Below the pieces are notes generated by a model. That model did no database searches and was not told the origin of the DNA. It saw nothing but the letters and a program-made list of their open reading frames with translations. A stretch of 63,620 bases of DNA, filler included, from Octopus bimaculoides (taxonomy: Eukaryota): NCBI RefSeq assembly GCF_001194135.2. It is 4 parts of 4 records of this genome, joined end to end, with 100 filler letters (N's around TTAATTAATTAA, not from the genome) between each part and the next. Parts side by side here need not be neighbours in the genome. Positions count along the whole stretch, not along the records: positions 12,337 to 32,415 come from NC_068981.1; positions 32,516 to 61,849 come from NC_068983.1; 2 more parts are not named here. One strand, given 5' to 3'. A program made the translations under genes and the position numbers. Positions 25,331-38,225 of this stretch are shown in pieces. Each line of letters opens with the position of its first letter. Within the stretch, counting starts at the first letter, position 1.

Positions 25331-27117
25331 CTCAAGAAGGTTGAAGTTTGAAAGGAAGGAATCAAAGTAACATGATTTGAAATTTAACTGAAGAACGAGA
25401 TGCAGTAGGAAGTAATGGGCATATATAGAGCCACCAGAACACATGCATTGAGGCTGTTATACTTAGATGTGGACAGAAAGCCTGTCATAAGTCCTAAAAT
25501 TCATAAGGTTGGAGTTTAACTTAGTTTCTGTGGTGTATAAGTGACTGAGATTACAGCCCCCCTCCCTCCCTGGATGGGATGCCAGTCTGTCATAAAGTTA
25601 ACTTCTCAGGTATTGCTGGAAATCATTTACATCTTAGTGGACTGGAGCAGCATGAAATAAAATGTTTTGCTCAAAAACATAGCATACGCTCATTTCAGGA
25701 ATTGAAACCTCAATGTTATGATTGTGAGTGTAACACCCTAACCACTAGGCCACATACCTTCACTAGGCCCTTATAGTTGTAGTAAAGAAAGAGATTTTAG
25801 AGGATTTGCAAGAAAGACTGAAATGATATAGCATTAGGTTTGGCTGGGTGTTGGCAGTGGTTGTTTGTTAGTTGAGTTTTGTTCAGTGTCTTTTCCATTA
25901 AGCTAAGATAAATGTGTATTTATCAGGGCCCATGATATGATTCCTAATTTTATGTAAATTAGATATTTAAAGAGGAATGTGGCAAATGATAACAATGATA
26001 TAAAAGTAAAAACTCAATCCACTGATCCTACATGGATAGATAACTGAACAATGTAGGAGAGACAGCATATATAGCAACTTCAAGAGTTCACTAGAAGTTA
26101 GACGAGGTTAGAATGGATGATTTAAGTTTAAGAGGTCATAAAACAAATCTTACCTAAACTGTACAAAATTGAAGAACAGAAGTTTTTGCATTATTTAAAC
26201 AGTATATTCACTGGAAAATTACTCAGAGATGTCAGCTATATTACAAAAATGAAAAAAATAATAATAGTGGTATCATTTGATGTAGAGAACATAAAAAAAT
26301 AGTTAATTAAAAATAATTTTGCAGTGAAAAAGGTAACATAAACTCAATGTTGAATATTGTTTTAATTATTTTGGCTAGTAGGGGAGATAAGTTTGGAATG
26401 TTTTGATGTTATTAGACCTCTTCAGCAAAGCACAGACTTCACCATGCTTACCAAAGTAATAACTGAATCTCTAAGTGGATGTACAATTACACATGAAAAT
26501 TAGCATATCAAAAAATAACTCTGAAAAAATTACCCAGAGATGTCATCCTGATGAACAAACTTTTTTAAATAGCTTTTTGATGCTTACATCTATAAAAATA
26601 TATTAATAGTAACTAAACTCTAAGCAGCATAGATTTCCAGAGTGTTTTCTACCTCTGAATGAGTGTTGATGATTTATTATTAGCTGTAGCATTATGGTAT
26701 TAAGTAAATGGTAAATCTACTCTTAGAGAGAAAGATGTTAGTTCAGTGCAAGCAACATTCAATAATAAACTGCCATTTATGTTCTACAGCTAAATGTAGA
26801 GAAGCATGTGTCCTGCTTGGGAAGTGAACTTCTTAACAAATACAGCCATGCCTGTCCCTATACACAGCCTGTAATTCAAAGACTCAGCCTTACCATATTG
26901 TGGCATACTGGTTTGGTCTGACACCTATGATCAGCGTACACATGTCTATAGAATACTCAGTAACATACATGTATATTGCAAGATTTGGACAACTGGGTCG
27001 ATGGAGGGTCTGCTTTAGCCCCAATTTTTACAAATTTGCAGGCTTTATACCAAGGCTTTAAAAAATATTCTTTATTAATGTTTTTATTTGTGTTATTATT
27101 GTTTTTATTATTTGTTA

Positions 27118-27335
27118 AGGTAGCGAGCTGGCAGAATTGTTAGTATGCTGGGCAAAAATGCTGAGTGGCACTTTGTCCATCTTTATGTTCTGAGTTCAAA
27201 TTCTGCTGAGGTCAGTTTTGCCTGTCATCTTTTCAGGGTTGATAAAAAATAAGTGCCATTTGACTACTGGAGTTGATGTAATTGACGTACCCACTTCTGT
27301 GAACTTGCTGACCTTGTGCCAACATCTGAAACTGT
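27118..27335 (+). mobile_element. SINE family B, CpG-decayed; antisense family-B fragments at about 29040-29410
   Basis: Colinear with the 30767 and 57053 copies. Confidence 0.8.
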
Positions 27336-27510
27336 TATTAAATAAATTGTTTTAATTTTTCACTTACGTGATTTAAGTTAAAATAAGTGTGTGTGTATAC
27401 CATGTGTATGTATATATATATATATATATATATAAATTCAAAAGAGTGGTACAACAAGGCACCGATATTTTTGCTGGAAATTAATACATTTGTATTGAAA
27501 TATTTTTCAT

Positions 27511-27572
<62 letters not shown>

Positions 27573-27728
27573 GTATGTATGCATGTGTGTGTGTGTGTAT
27601 GTGTATGTATATATATTTACATACATGTATGTATGTATATATACATGTATATGTGTATATATATGTATATGTGTGTATATATACACACACATGCACATGA
27701 TTTACACACACATGTATGTATATATATG

Positions 27729-27768
<40 letters not shown>

Positions 27769-28312
27769 ACACACACATAAGTTTTATTGTACATTAGAGT
27801 GAGGGAAAGAAAATGTGTGTGCATGCGTGAATGTGTGTATATATGTATCTAACTTTTGGCATTAAATGTAATGTTTACTTTGGAATTATGCAAAAAAATT
27901 TAGTTGGAAAATACCAAGAAAACATGAAGTTGGCATTTCCTTTATTCTCTGCTTCCTGATGAAAAGAGACATTTAGAGAAAGAGAATGAGAGATTTGGAG
28001 GAGTTGGGGTGATGATGAAGAAGTCTTTTACAGTTATTTTAATGGGAAATATTAAAAAAAACCCCAAAAAACAGAAGGGACAACATTGTTGGTACAGTTT
28101 GGTTAATTAGTCTTTTGGAGATGGTTTAGCAGGAGGAAGAAAAACAAGAAAACAAAAACAAATGATAACAAATTACAAAGAAAGTAGAACATAATTTGAA
28201 ATAAAATTCTTCAAAGTTCTACAGTTGGCTAGTGGTGGTGCCATGAATTAAAAAAAAGTGAAAATAATTTTGAGAAGAAAAATAAAAATAATGTGAAAAA
28301 TGATTATAGGTA

Positions 28313-28640
28313 CAGGTGTGGCTGTGTGGTAAGAAGCTTGCTTCCCAGTCACATGGTTCTGGGTTCAGTTCCATTGTGTGGCACATTGGGCTAGTGTCTT
28401 CTACTATAGCCTCGGGCTGACCAAAACCATGTGAGTGGATTTGGTACATGGAAACTGAAAGAAGCCCATTGTATGTATGTGTTTGTGTGTATGTCTTTCA
28501 GTTTTGAAAATAAGGAATAATTTAGTAAAATAATGTTGTCATTATTAAGCTGCTTGACAACCAGTCTTGGTGTGTTTTCATCCCTGTAACTTAGTGGTTT
28601 GGCAAAGGGGTTTGATAGAATAAGTACCAGGCTTCAAAAA
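28313..28640 (+). mobile_element. SINE family A, CpG-decayed
   Basis: Head GTGGCTGTGTGGTAAGAAGCTTGCTTCCC and colinear body. Confidence 0.8.
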
Positions 28641-28787
28641 AAAAGTTTTGTTGCTCTTCTGATTAAGTCATCCACTACTCTCCTATTATGCTTAGCTCAC
28701 TTGGCAACAGGTGGGGGTTGGCGGCAGGAAGGGCATCTGGCTGTAGAAAACTTGCCACACGAATAGCGCTGCGCATATGTATATTCA

Positions 28788-29010
28788 CCCTTTTGTTACC
28801 ATATTTCTGTTGAAATACACTGCCTTTGTTTCAATTAATTTTGAAAATGATGAATAATTTAGTAAAATAATATTGTCATTATTAAGCTGGTGTTTGAAAC
28901 ATGAACTAACATGAAATTTTGATGGAAGGTTTTTGTTTGGATCATTTTAAAATTAGGAAGTTTGTATCATAGAGTCAGGGGTGGCCTCAGCCTGGTTGGT
29001 ATCAAAAGGG
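28788..29010. mobile_element. piggyBac-type MITE
   Basis: TTCA|CCCTTTTGTTACC ... GGTATCAAAAGGG|TTAA: 13-bp TIR with 1 mismatch, CCC/GGG ends and a TTAA-like TSD. Confidence 0.75.
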
Positions 29011-30159
29011 TTAATTATAACAATTATTTCTAATTTTTGCACAAGGAAAGGGACAAGATGGAATTTGAACTTGGAATGTAATGAACCGGAAGAAATATTA
29101 TCTAGCATTTTGTCTGACATGCTAACAACTCTGCCAGCTTACCACCTAAGGTTAATAATAAAGCCTGAAATTTTGTGGGAGGGCACTAGTTGATTACATC
29201 AATATTTTACTGGTATTTATTGTTTTAGTACTCAATTTAGTCGATGTTTTACATCGATTACATCGCTGTTTTACTGGTACTTAATTTATTGACCCTGAAA
29301 GGATGAAAGGCAAAGTTGACCTTGATGGAATTTGAACTCAGAGCACAATGATGGACAAAATGCCGCTAAGCATTTTGCCTGGTGTGCTAATGATTCTGCC
29401 AGCTTACCACCTAGGGTTAATAATAATGATTTCTAATACTGACGCAAGTTCACACATTTTCTGGCAGAGATTACTTAATTAAATCAACACCATTATTTAG
29501 CTATAGTAAAATACACTTGTCCAGGATGTTGCACTCCAGAACTGAACCCAAATCCATGCAGCTGAGAAGCAAACGTCTTAACCACATAGCTATGTCTGTG
29601 CCTTAGTATTAATGGATTAAAATTAGATGATATCTGTGAGTATCATTTTAACATTTGCTTCCATGCCTCAAGAAACTAATTATCCATGATTTAAAACTTG
29701 AAAATAAATTTGTTAAAAGAAAAATCATCACCATTCATCATCATCATTTAAAGTCTGTGTTTCATGTTGGCCTGGGTTGAACAGTTTAACCTGATCCAGT
29801 GAGCCACAAGGCTGCGTTGTGATCTGTGTCAGCTTTGACATGCTTTCTATGGCTGGATGCTCTTCCTCATGCTAATCACTTTACAATGTATACTGGGTGC
29901 TTTTTTATGCCACTGGCACTTGTAGGGTTGCCAAATGATTTGCAAGATAGGAAATAACAAGAAAAGAGATAAAGGCAGGAAAGGAAAAACCTTTGTAACT
30001 AAGTGGGGCGTGGGATTATTTGAGAGGGCAGAGAGGTGGTTTTTTTGTCAGAAACAAGCAGGGACCAGCAGAGGATACAAGTGGCAATTAATAAAGCTTA
30101 AACTTTTTTTCTCAAACATCTTTGAATAATGTGGACTAATATTTATGCTTCTCTTTCAG

Positions 30160-30411
30160 TTGTGTGCCACACAAGCTGGACGGACCTATATCAAAGAAAA
30201 GAACACTTATATTATCATGCGGGAACTACATAAATGGGAAACTGACAAAGCTAATGACATAGCCATCCAAAACCTTATTGACATTCTCATTGGAGATGAA
30301 CCAGCAAAAGAACATGAAGATCTTAGCAAAGTGGTTATTCCTGAGAATCTGGAGAAACAATTTTCGAAAGAAGATGAAGAAGATCTTAAAATGATATCTG
30401 ATGACTCTTAA
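30160..30411 (+). CDS. HGH1: HGH1 terminal coding exon 3
   Basis: Acceptor CTCTTTCAG at 30159. Translates LCATQAGRTYIKEKNTYIIMRELHKWE...LIDILIGDEP...stop, the HGH1 C-terminal domain. Spliced CDS 667+191+252=1110 nt = 369 aa plus stop. Confidence 0.95.
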   Translation: MCATQAGRTYIKEKNTYIIMRELHKWETDKANDIAIQNLIDILIGDEPAKEHEDLSKVVIPENLEKQFSKEDEEDLKMISDDS

Positions 30412-30766
30412 AAATATTTTGAAATTTTCAGATTAAGTTTACTCCATCACTTCTATTGATTACATGGTTATCTGTTCAAGCTTACTACTGCTAAAATATG
30501 TTGTAACCCCTGTCAACAAGACTCCTGACTGTGTTTATTTACTTCAGTGTCTTCTTGATAGCGGGGATCACAGCAATTTTATTACTGAATGGTGAATAAC
30601 TTTTAGTATTTAAACTAGCCATATCCAACCTAAATATTCTTCCTGTTCTATCTTCAAACCAGTCAGATCTGGTCTTTCACACCTACTGAAAATCAGCAAT
30701 CACATCATGAAAATCTTGAAGCTATGAGATAATGCATGATTGATTCAAAACAATGTGAATAAATAA

Positions 30767-30982
30767 AAGGCGGTGAGCTGGCAGAAACGTTAGCATGCCG
30801 GGCGAAATGCTTAGTGGTATTTCGCCTGTCTTTACGTTCTGAGTTCAAATTCTGCCAAGGTCGACTTTGCCTTTCATCCTTTCAGGGTCGATAAATTAAG
30901 CACCAGTTGCGTACTGGGGTCGATCTAATCAACTGGTCCCTTTCCAAAAATTTCAGGCCTTGTGCCTAGAGTAGAAAAGAAT
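30767..30982 (+). mobile_element. SINE family B, full length, 15-bp TSD, nested in a probable piggyBac-type MITE (about 30596-31036)
   Basis: TSD AATGTGAATAAATAA at 30752-30766 and 30983-30997. Host ends ..AAC-TTTTAGTATT and AATGCTAAAGAG|TTAA. Confidence 0.88.
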
Positions 30983-31289
30983 AATGTGAATAAATAACCA
31001 TTACATTTCAGAAAGTAAGCTGAATGCTAAAGAGTTAATTGTTCATATGCTTATATAAAGGATTTATTTTATGTGTGTGTGTGTGTATACATACATGAGT
31101 GTATATATGTATATATTTATATGTGTGTTTATATATCTTTATTAATGGTAAGGCTTATAAGCTTACAAAGTGCCTTTGTTTTGTTAGCTATAGATTTTTC
31201 AAAGCTGATAGGATAACAGTATCTGGTGAAACGAAGTCACTAGGCAAGACAAGGTCCCAAACACAGAGGTCCTCTCTCAAGCTGATCTG

Positions 31290-31480
31290 TCAAGCACTTA
31301 ACACATTGCTGAGGAGAATACAAGTCAGAGTAAGCCACTTTATTCAAATGCCTGATACACAACTTCCCAAGAGACTATCTTACAGTGAATTGGCAGAAAG
31401 CAAGCACAAGCAAGGTGGCAGAAAAGTGCTTCGAGGATATACTCAAACACTCACTGAAGAGCTTTGAGTTACTATAAGTA
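31290..31480 (+). mobile_element. RTE-clade LINE C-terminal fragment
   Basis: HFIQMPDTQLPKRLSYSELAESKHKQGGRK resembles the RTE H..RM.D.RLPK..Y.EL..G.R..GG motif. Confidence 0.7.
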
Positions 31481-31509
31481 CCCAAAGAGCATTTGAGGCA
31501 CAAATGTTT

Positions 31510-32016
31510 TATGAGTACAAAAAATTACCACCTAATGCAACAATCAATGCTCAAGTCTACTGTCAGCAATTAGAGTGTTTGAACCAAGCTTTGAAGAAAA
31601 AAAAACCCTGCTTTAGTTGATCGAAAAAGAGTGATGTTTCATCAGGACAATGTGTGACCCCACACTGCAAAGATCACATCACAGAAGATCGAAGAGCTTG
31701 GTTGGGAAAAAATTCCTCATTCACCTTATTCTCCCGACCTTGCTCCTTCAGACTACCATTTCTTTCGTAGTTTACAGAATCATTTGGGGGACATAACTTT
31801 CGCAAGCCAGGAGGTCAAAACTGACATTTCAGAGTTCTTTGCTTTGAAACCAAAAGAGTTTTACATTGATGGGAATAAAAAGCTTGTAAATAGATGGAAG
31901 GAAGTCATAGATAATCAGGGAAAGTACATTGATGATTAAATTTCAATTAAATATAACATTTGATCACTTGTTTTCTTTATTCAAAATTCGGACAGAACTT
32001 ATGGGATGACCTGATA
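31510..32016 (+). mobile_element. Mariner transposase pseudogene, 3' half with right TIR
   Basis: TINAQVYCQQL...MFHQDN..PHTA...ELGWEKIPHSPYSPDLAPSDYHFFRSLQNHL...G.KKLV.RW.EVI...GKY, with a frameshift and stop. Ends ...ATGACCTGATA|TA. Confidence 0.92.
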
Positions 32017-32039
32017 TATATGTGTATATATATCAGCTA

Positions 32040-32330
32040 TCCTAATTGACAGTATCTTGGTAGATAAAGCAATCAAGAGTATGAAGACAGGGAAAGCTCC
32101 CTGGCCCATCAGGAATCACTGTAGAGATGCTCAAAATATCTGGCAGTGTCGGCTATAGCCTAGTCACCCATATAGTCCATCAGGTGATACATGAAGGAGT
32201 CATACCCAATGACTGGTGTAGCAGTACCATACTCAACAGCTACAAGGGTAAAGGTGACACTTTAGATACGAATAATTACAGAGGCATCAAGTTGTTAGAT
32301 CAGGTAACAAAAGTCACGGAGAGGGTCATA
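32040..32330 (+). mobile_element. RTE/CR1-like reverse transcriptase fragment
   Basis: KAIKSMKTGKAPGP.GIT.EMLK...IPNDW...YKGKGD...NNYRGIKLL...K..ERVI. Confidence 0.88.
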
Positions 32331-32340
32331 TTTATATCTG

Positions 32341-32415
<75 letters not shown>

Positions 32416-32527
32416 NNNNNNNNNNNNNNNNNNNNNNNNNNNNNNNNNNNNNNNNNNNNTTAATTAATTAANNNNNNNNNNNNNNNNNNNNNNNNNNNNN
32501 NNNNNNNNNNNNNNNGCTATTATTGAA

Positions 32528-32618
<91 letters not shown>

Positions 32619-32630
32619 TATACACCCACA

Positions 32631-33013
32631 TAGGCGCGGGAATAGCTGTGTGGTAAGAAGCTCGCTTCCCAACCACATGGTTCCGGGTTCGGTCGCACTG
32701 CGTGGCACCTTGGGTGTCTTCTACTATAGCTTCGGGCCGACCAAAGCCTTGTGAGTAGATTTGGTAGACGGAAACTGAAAGAAGCCCGTTGTATGTGTGT
32801 GTGCGTGTGTGTGTATTTGTGTGCCTCTGTTTGTCCCCTCAGTATCGCTTGAAACCGAATTTGGTGTTTACGTCCCCGTAACTTAGCGGTTTGACAAAAC
32901 AGACCGATAGAATAAGTACTAGGCTTACAAAGAATAAGTCATGGGGTCGATTTCTTCGACTAAAGGCGGTGCTCCGGCATGGCTGCAGTCAAATGAGTGA
33001 AACAATTAAAAGA

Positions 33014-33015
<2 letters not shown>
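32631..33015 (+). mobile_element. SINE family A, CpG-retaining copy
   Basis: Full head-to-tail match to the 46241 copy. Confidence 0.88.
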
Positions 33016-33046
<31 letters not shown>

Positions 33047-33752
33047 NNNNNNNNNNNNNNNNNNNNNNNNNNNNNNNNNNNNNNNNNNNNNNNNNNNNNN
33101 NNNNNNNNNNNNNNNNNNNNNNNNNNNNNNNNNNNNNNNNNNNNNNNNNNNNNNNNNNNNNNNNNNNNNNNNNNNNNNNNNNNNNNNNNNNNNNNNNNNN
33201 NNNNNNNNNNNNNNNNNNNNNNNNNNNNNNNNNNNNNNNNNNNNNNNNNNNNNNNNNNNNNNNNNNNNNNNNNNNNNNNNNNNNNNNNNNNNNNNNNNNN
33301 NNNNNNNNNNNNNNNNNNNNNNNNNNNNNNNNNNNNNNNNNNNNNNNNNNNNNNNNNNNNNNNNNNNNNNNNNNNNNNNNNNNNNNNNNNNNNNNNNNNN
33401 NNNNNNNNNNNNNNNNNNNNNNNNNNNNNNNNNNNNNNNNNNNNNNNNNNNNNNNNNNNNNNNNNNNNNNNNNNNNNNNNNNNNNNNNNNNNNNNNNNNN
33501 NNNNNNNNNNNNNNNNNNNNNNNNNNNNNNNNNNNNNNNNNNNNNNNNNNNNNNNNNNNNNNNNNNNNNNNNNNNNNNNNNNNNNNNNNNNNNNNNNNNN
33601 NNNNNNNNNNNNNNNNNNNNNNNNNNNNNNNNNNNNNNNNNNNNNNNNNNNNNNNNNNNNNNNNNNNNNNNNNNNNNNNNNNNNNNNNNNNNNNNNNNNN
33701 NNNNNNNNNNNNNNNNNNNNNNNNNNNNNNNNNNNNNNNNNNNNNNNNNNNN

Positions 33753-33790
<38 letters not shown>

Positions 33791-34614
33791 TCACCTTTCC
33801 ACCGCTTACCAACCGGTATTGGTTTATTTATGTCTCCAGCGAAAAAGAGACCAATATAATAAGAACCAAGTTTTAAAAAAGAGTACTAGGGTCGATTTGT
33901 TTAAACCTTTCAGGACGATGCCCCAGTCAACAACTGATACAAATAAAGGATCGCAGATACCTAGGTTTTTTAAACATGCCTTTGACTTTGTTGAGTAAAT
34001 TAACCCTGTGATTACGCCACAGAGATCTTTTTGCAGAACGAAATGGAGAACAGTTTTGCTAGACACGTTTCATCTCTATCTCATTTTTTTAAAAATCTTT
34101 TTGCCAAATGTATTGAAGTTTCGCTCTAAACACATTATATGAACATACATGCGTATTCATATACATATGCATATGTATGGGTGTCGTCATTACAAAATTT
34201 CTTCAACCACAATAAGTAGATTCCTTACTTCCTTCTCCAGCTTATACAATTGCTATTCTGGCCAGAAACCAATTTTTTTACAATTACACTGGCCCCACCC
34301 TGTTAACAATTCTCGGTTGTCATTTGTAGGATAACCAGTGAGAGATACTTTCCGAGAGAATTTGTTTTGTAAATGTAATCTAAGATTCTGTAGCCCAAAA
34401 TATATAAATTTCAAGATAAGATATAGTTTATGAACACTAAAAGCAAAGAGCAATCATATTCTGGATCATTCGTAACTTTATCCTTTTTTAATCACTTGAT
34501 AAGTATCTCTGGTTGGTATAAAATGATTTTACTAGTTAGCTCGGTAACATTTGATATCTATTTCTTTCATTAGATATATTGGTGTTGCATTTACAACATA
34601 CATACACTCAAAAA

Positions 34615-34655
<41 letters not shown>

Positions 34656-36849
34656 CTTTCTTTCACATACATTATTCTCCACATGCCATAGACCATATCA
34701 CTCATCAGTAGTTATACAATACGATCGAGTAGGACGATGAGGAGAAACCGTACACATGACCTTTTGTAGTTACTTCAGTTACAGTCTATTGTGATTGATG
34801 CAGCTGATGTGCAGTTTGAACTTAAGCAGGTCGTTGCCATTAGGAGAAGCGTAAGAGGGGAAAGAATTCCAGCACTTTCTAATTCTAGGGAGGCATGGTT
34901 TGGAAAGGATGCTCGCTTACCTACCCACTCCCACACAGACATAAATACGCACACGCGCGCGCAACATGCACTTGCACATAAAAACATACCTATTCACAAC
35001 CCAAAGTATGAACGTCACATTATTTAACATTCGACTGTGTATAAACATGACAATCTGTTAGCAACAAGCATAGTCACGATGCATCTATGACATATCCTCA
35101 GCACTACACCATAATACACAACTAAGACCTTCACCACTTACAAATATGTCAGACCTCACTATCTCTCATGATCACACATGATGACAACACATCTATAGCA
35201 TTACTGAAATACTTTCTAAACGTTTCACATTTCTTGCGCGAAATGACTTCTGCTTCGATCAGTTCTGACCATTCACAACTCAAAAATACACTCCACACTA
35301 CAGTACTTTTCATGTATCTGGAATGGTGTAGCCACTCCACAAATAAACTGTTTAACTACAATCAAAAATGCTATTTTTATTGAATAGAAAGTTTTTAGCA
35401 ACTAATTTTCTACAATCCCTATCATACTAATAGTTGTGTCCTCTCTCGCCCTCTACATCTTTACCAATACCACAACAGCCTCTACATCTGCGACTTGTCC
35501 AGATGTGTATCATTTCCGCTCAACTCACTTGGAATGGTTACCTTGATTCTAATATAAGATTCTTCACATATTTTCCTACCCAAAACTTTAAGTCACTCTA
35601 ACACGTTGACATTCTGCCTCCCAACAAGAAATATCTATTTATCTACTAAACTTCAAAATAGACATCAATCGCATTGACTTCACAACAGAGGAACACTCTT
35701 CCACTTTCCCATGAAGACGTTTTACAGATTCTAAATTTAACCATTCTCCATTTTAATAAAATATTTTGTAGGGAGAGTACAGTGAAGTAAATTAACTCAA
35801 GTAATTCACTGGTACCCGTCGAAAATGAAAGGCAAAATCAGTGTCGGTAGGATTTAAACTTATAACGTAAAGGGACGTAATTAGCAAATGTAAGTTATTT
35901 TGTCAGATGTCTTTAAATTGTACCATTCCAAGCATTAACGAAAGCTTGATTTGGAGTCTTCTTTTAGAACAGTTTGGATTATAGAGTAACTATTTATTTG
36001 AAAGCAATCAGTTGATTGATTAAAATAATTCCGCTATTACCCTGTTGGTAGAATTGCAAGGTATGAATTGCTCTAATCTACAGTGTTGTGATGTGTCCAT
36101 GGCCGAAACTACCGTTTGCTCAGTTCAGGCAGCTGACGATAGACGGTGCTAAAATTTAATTGGGTGTAGATCATCTGCATAAGCAGCTACAACACATGAC
36201 GATCGTTCTCTTAATTTGCAAAATTGAACTGAATTCTTCTTAGCTGATTGTATTGACACCAGTGTATTAATTTCTGATCGAAAACAACAAGCGCATAAGT
36301 ATCCCACTCTGTTGATCTACAGCACCTGGTTTTGTTTGGGGCCAAATTAACCATTAGACAAATTAAACATGTGCTTTGCGGTATCAAGGCAAGGCACTAT
36401 AGGTTTTTCAATGCCAGGTATAGCATGAAAGGAATGGGAAATTATAGCTGCTTCTTATTTAAAAAAAAAAACTGTAAAGAAATATTGCATATTTCCTGTT
36501 GCCTCAGTTATATATCGGCTTATATTGCTTACTTCAAATTAACATCAAATAAATAAGTAAATAAACAAAAGCAAATATGAATACATAAAATTAAAAGGCA
36601 TTTTGTATTCAATATATTCGTGGCCTCTGCTCGGAGCGCACTAACCTGAAGAAAATGATAGTTTTAATCTACTATATCCTATTCATCGCTTAATGTTTTA
36701 ATGATTCGTTGAGTAGATAACGGTAGAATTGAGGACACCATTACGCTGTGTAACACGAATTTTGTCCCTGAGTAGCAACTGTTATCTCCTACTTGCTTAC
36801 CCTTAGAAAGCATGAAAAATTGCGAATATTTCCTTCAAAATTTGCTTTT

Positions 36850-37040
36850 GTTACATTTATTCAAACCCCAAAGAATTCCTCTCAACACATGGCTATGATG
36901 CTCCTCCACTACTCCTGCTCATGATCAGAGATGTACATATTGTCAGCCACTAAGTGGCATGCTCAAGTGCTTAAGGTCAAGCAACTGACAAGCAAATCTG
37001 TGGTATTGAACAAAATATTTGCTATAACGATATTTCTGCT
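36850..37040. repeat. Interspersed repeat shared with 56620-56810
   Basis: TTATTCAAACCCCAAAGAATTCCTCTCA.CACATGGCTATGATGCTC...AATATTTGCT is present at both loci. Confidence 0.8.
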
Positions 37041-38161
37041 TCAGCAACTCAGGGCTGAATCTATCTGAAATGTAATGGAAAATAGGTCAGTTTTAAAAAC
37101 ATTGATGTTCAGGTCACAAAAGCAAAGTTTGAAGGGGATAGTAGTGATTTCCTTTGATTTCTAGACAGAAGCACAAAAGGAAATAACACTTGCTGACCAA
37201 AGACAAGCAAAAAATAAAAAAATTGTTTCACAGTGTTATTGGTCTGTGCTCAGGGCATCGGTTGGCCCATATTTTGACTTTGGTGTTCACATGGCTATAA
37301 TGGTTAATAGTGTTAGCATTAATAGCCGCTAAAGAAAAATACCTTGCGGAACATCTTACTTTTCTTTAAGTTCAAATATCTCTTCACTATGTTTTAGCCT
37401 ATCATTCTATTGGTAATAAACTCGACTTAATCGAAAGTTCGCTACTCCAAAATCTGTGGCATTCTGCTATTGTTAGAAATCAATATTGTTGATATTAAAA
37501 CATCTTCACGGTCGTTTAATTTATACATATATGCATGCAACTATAAGTGAACTATAAGTGAAGAAATCTGTAATTAAATGTCAGATTGTACACACGTGAT
37601 TGATGAAGATCTATGTAGAATACTCGACCAAATGTTCTGCGAATTAGCTTTCCACACCACTCACAAAATTAGTGATCAGGCTTTTGTTCTGAAAGTTTAG
37701 CTGAGAAAATGTGTAAGGTAATTTTAAACACCTAACAATTGTATAAATGTTGAGTGATCTTGCCTATTAACTTAGATACCAAGTACAAAATTTACATCAC
37801 AGTTTTGTTCAAAAATCGTTAAAAATTATGTAAAAATAAAGCAGTTTTCATATTTTTTTCTTTTATTTGTTTCCTTATATTACGTTGCCTCATGATTTAG
37901 TCAATAAATTGAATTTAAGGATCGTTAATTTATTTTATTTCGACTAAATATTTCACTTGACTTTTCTTTTCATTAGACAGAAATAAAAGTTGAACTCTGC
38001 TGAAAAAAAAAAATCTATATTATCGATAATAGAGGAACAAGAAGGCAACAACGTGAAGGAAGCTAATAAGATTGGTTTTTAACACCTGTTACATTGGTGC
38101 ATCTAATCATACCATTGCTTCACACAATATAGATGCAGAGGTGGGTGGCGGTGATTGTAAA

Positions 38162-38164
<3 letters not shown>

Positions 38165-38225
<61 letters not shown>
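38165..38225. repeat. (AGT)n microsatellite; also (AGT)n at 57265-57443 and (ATT)n at 56898-56957
   Basis: Seen directly. Confidence 0.97.

Noticed and set aside
36150-36330. Minus-strand AAYADDL and Q.G.L..LLF motifs as an RT remnant
   Set aside because: Too degenerate and split across frames to call without a profile search.
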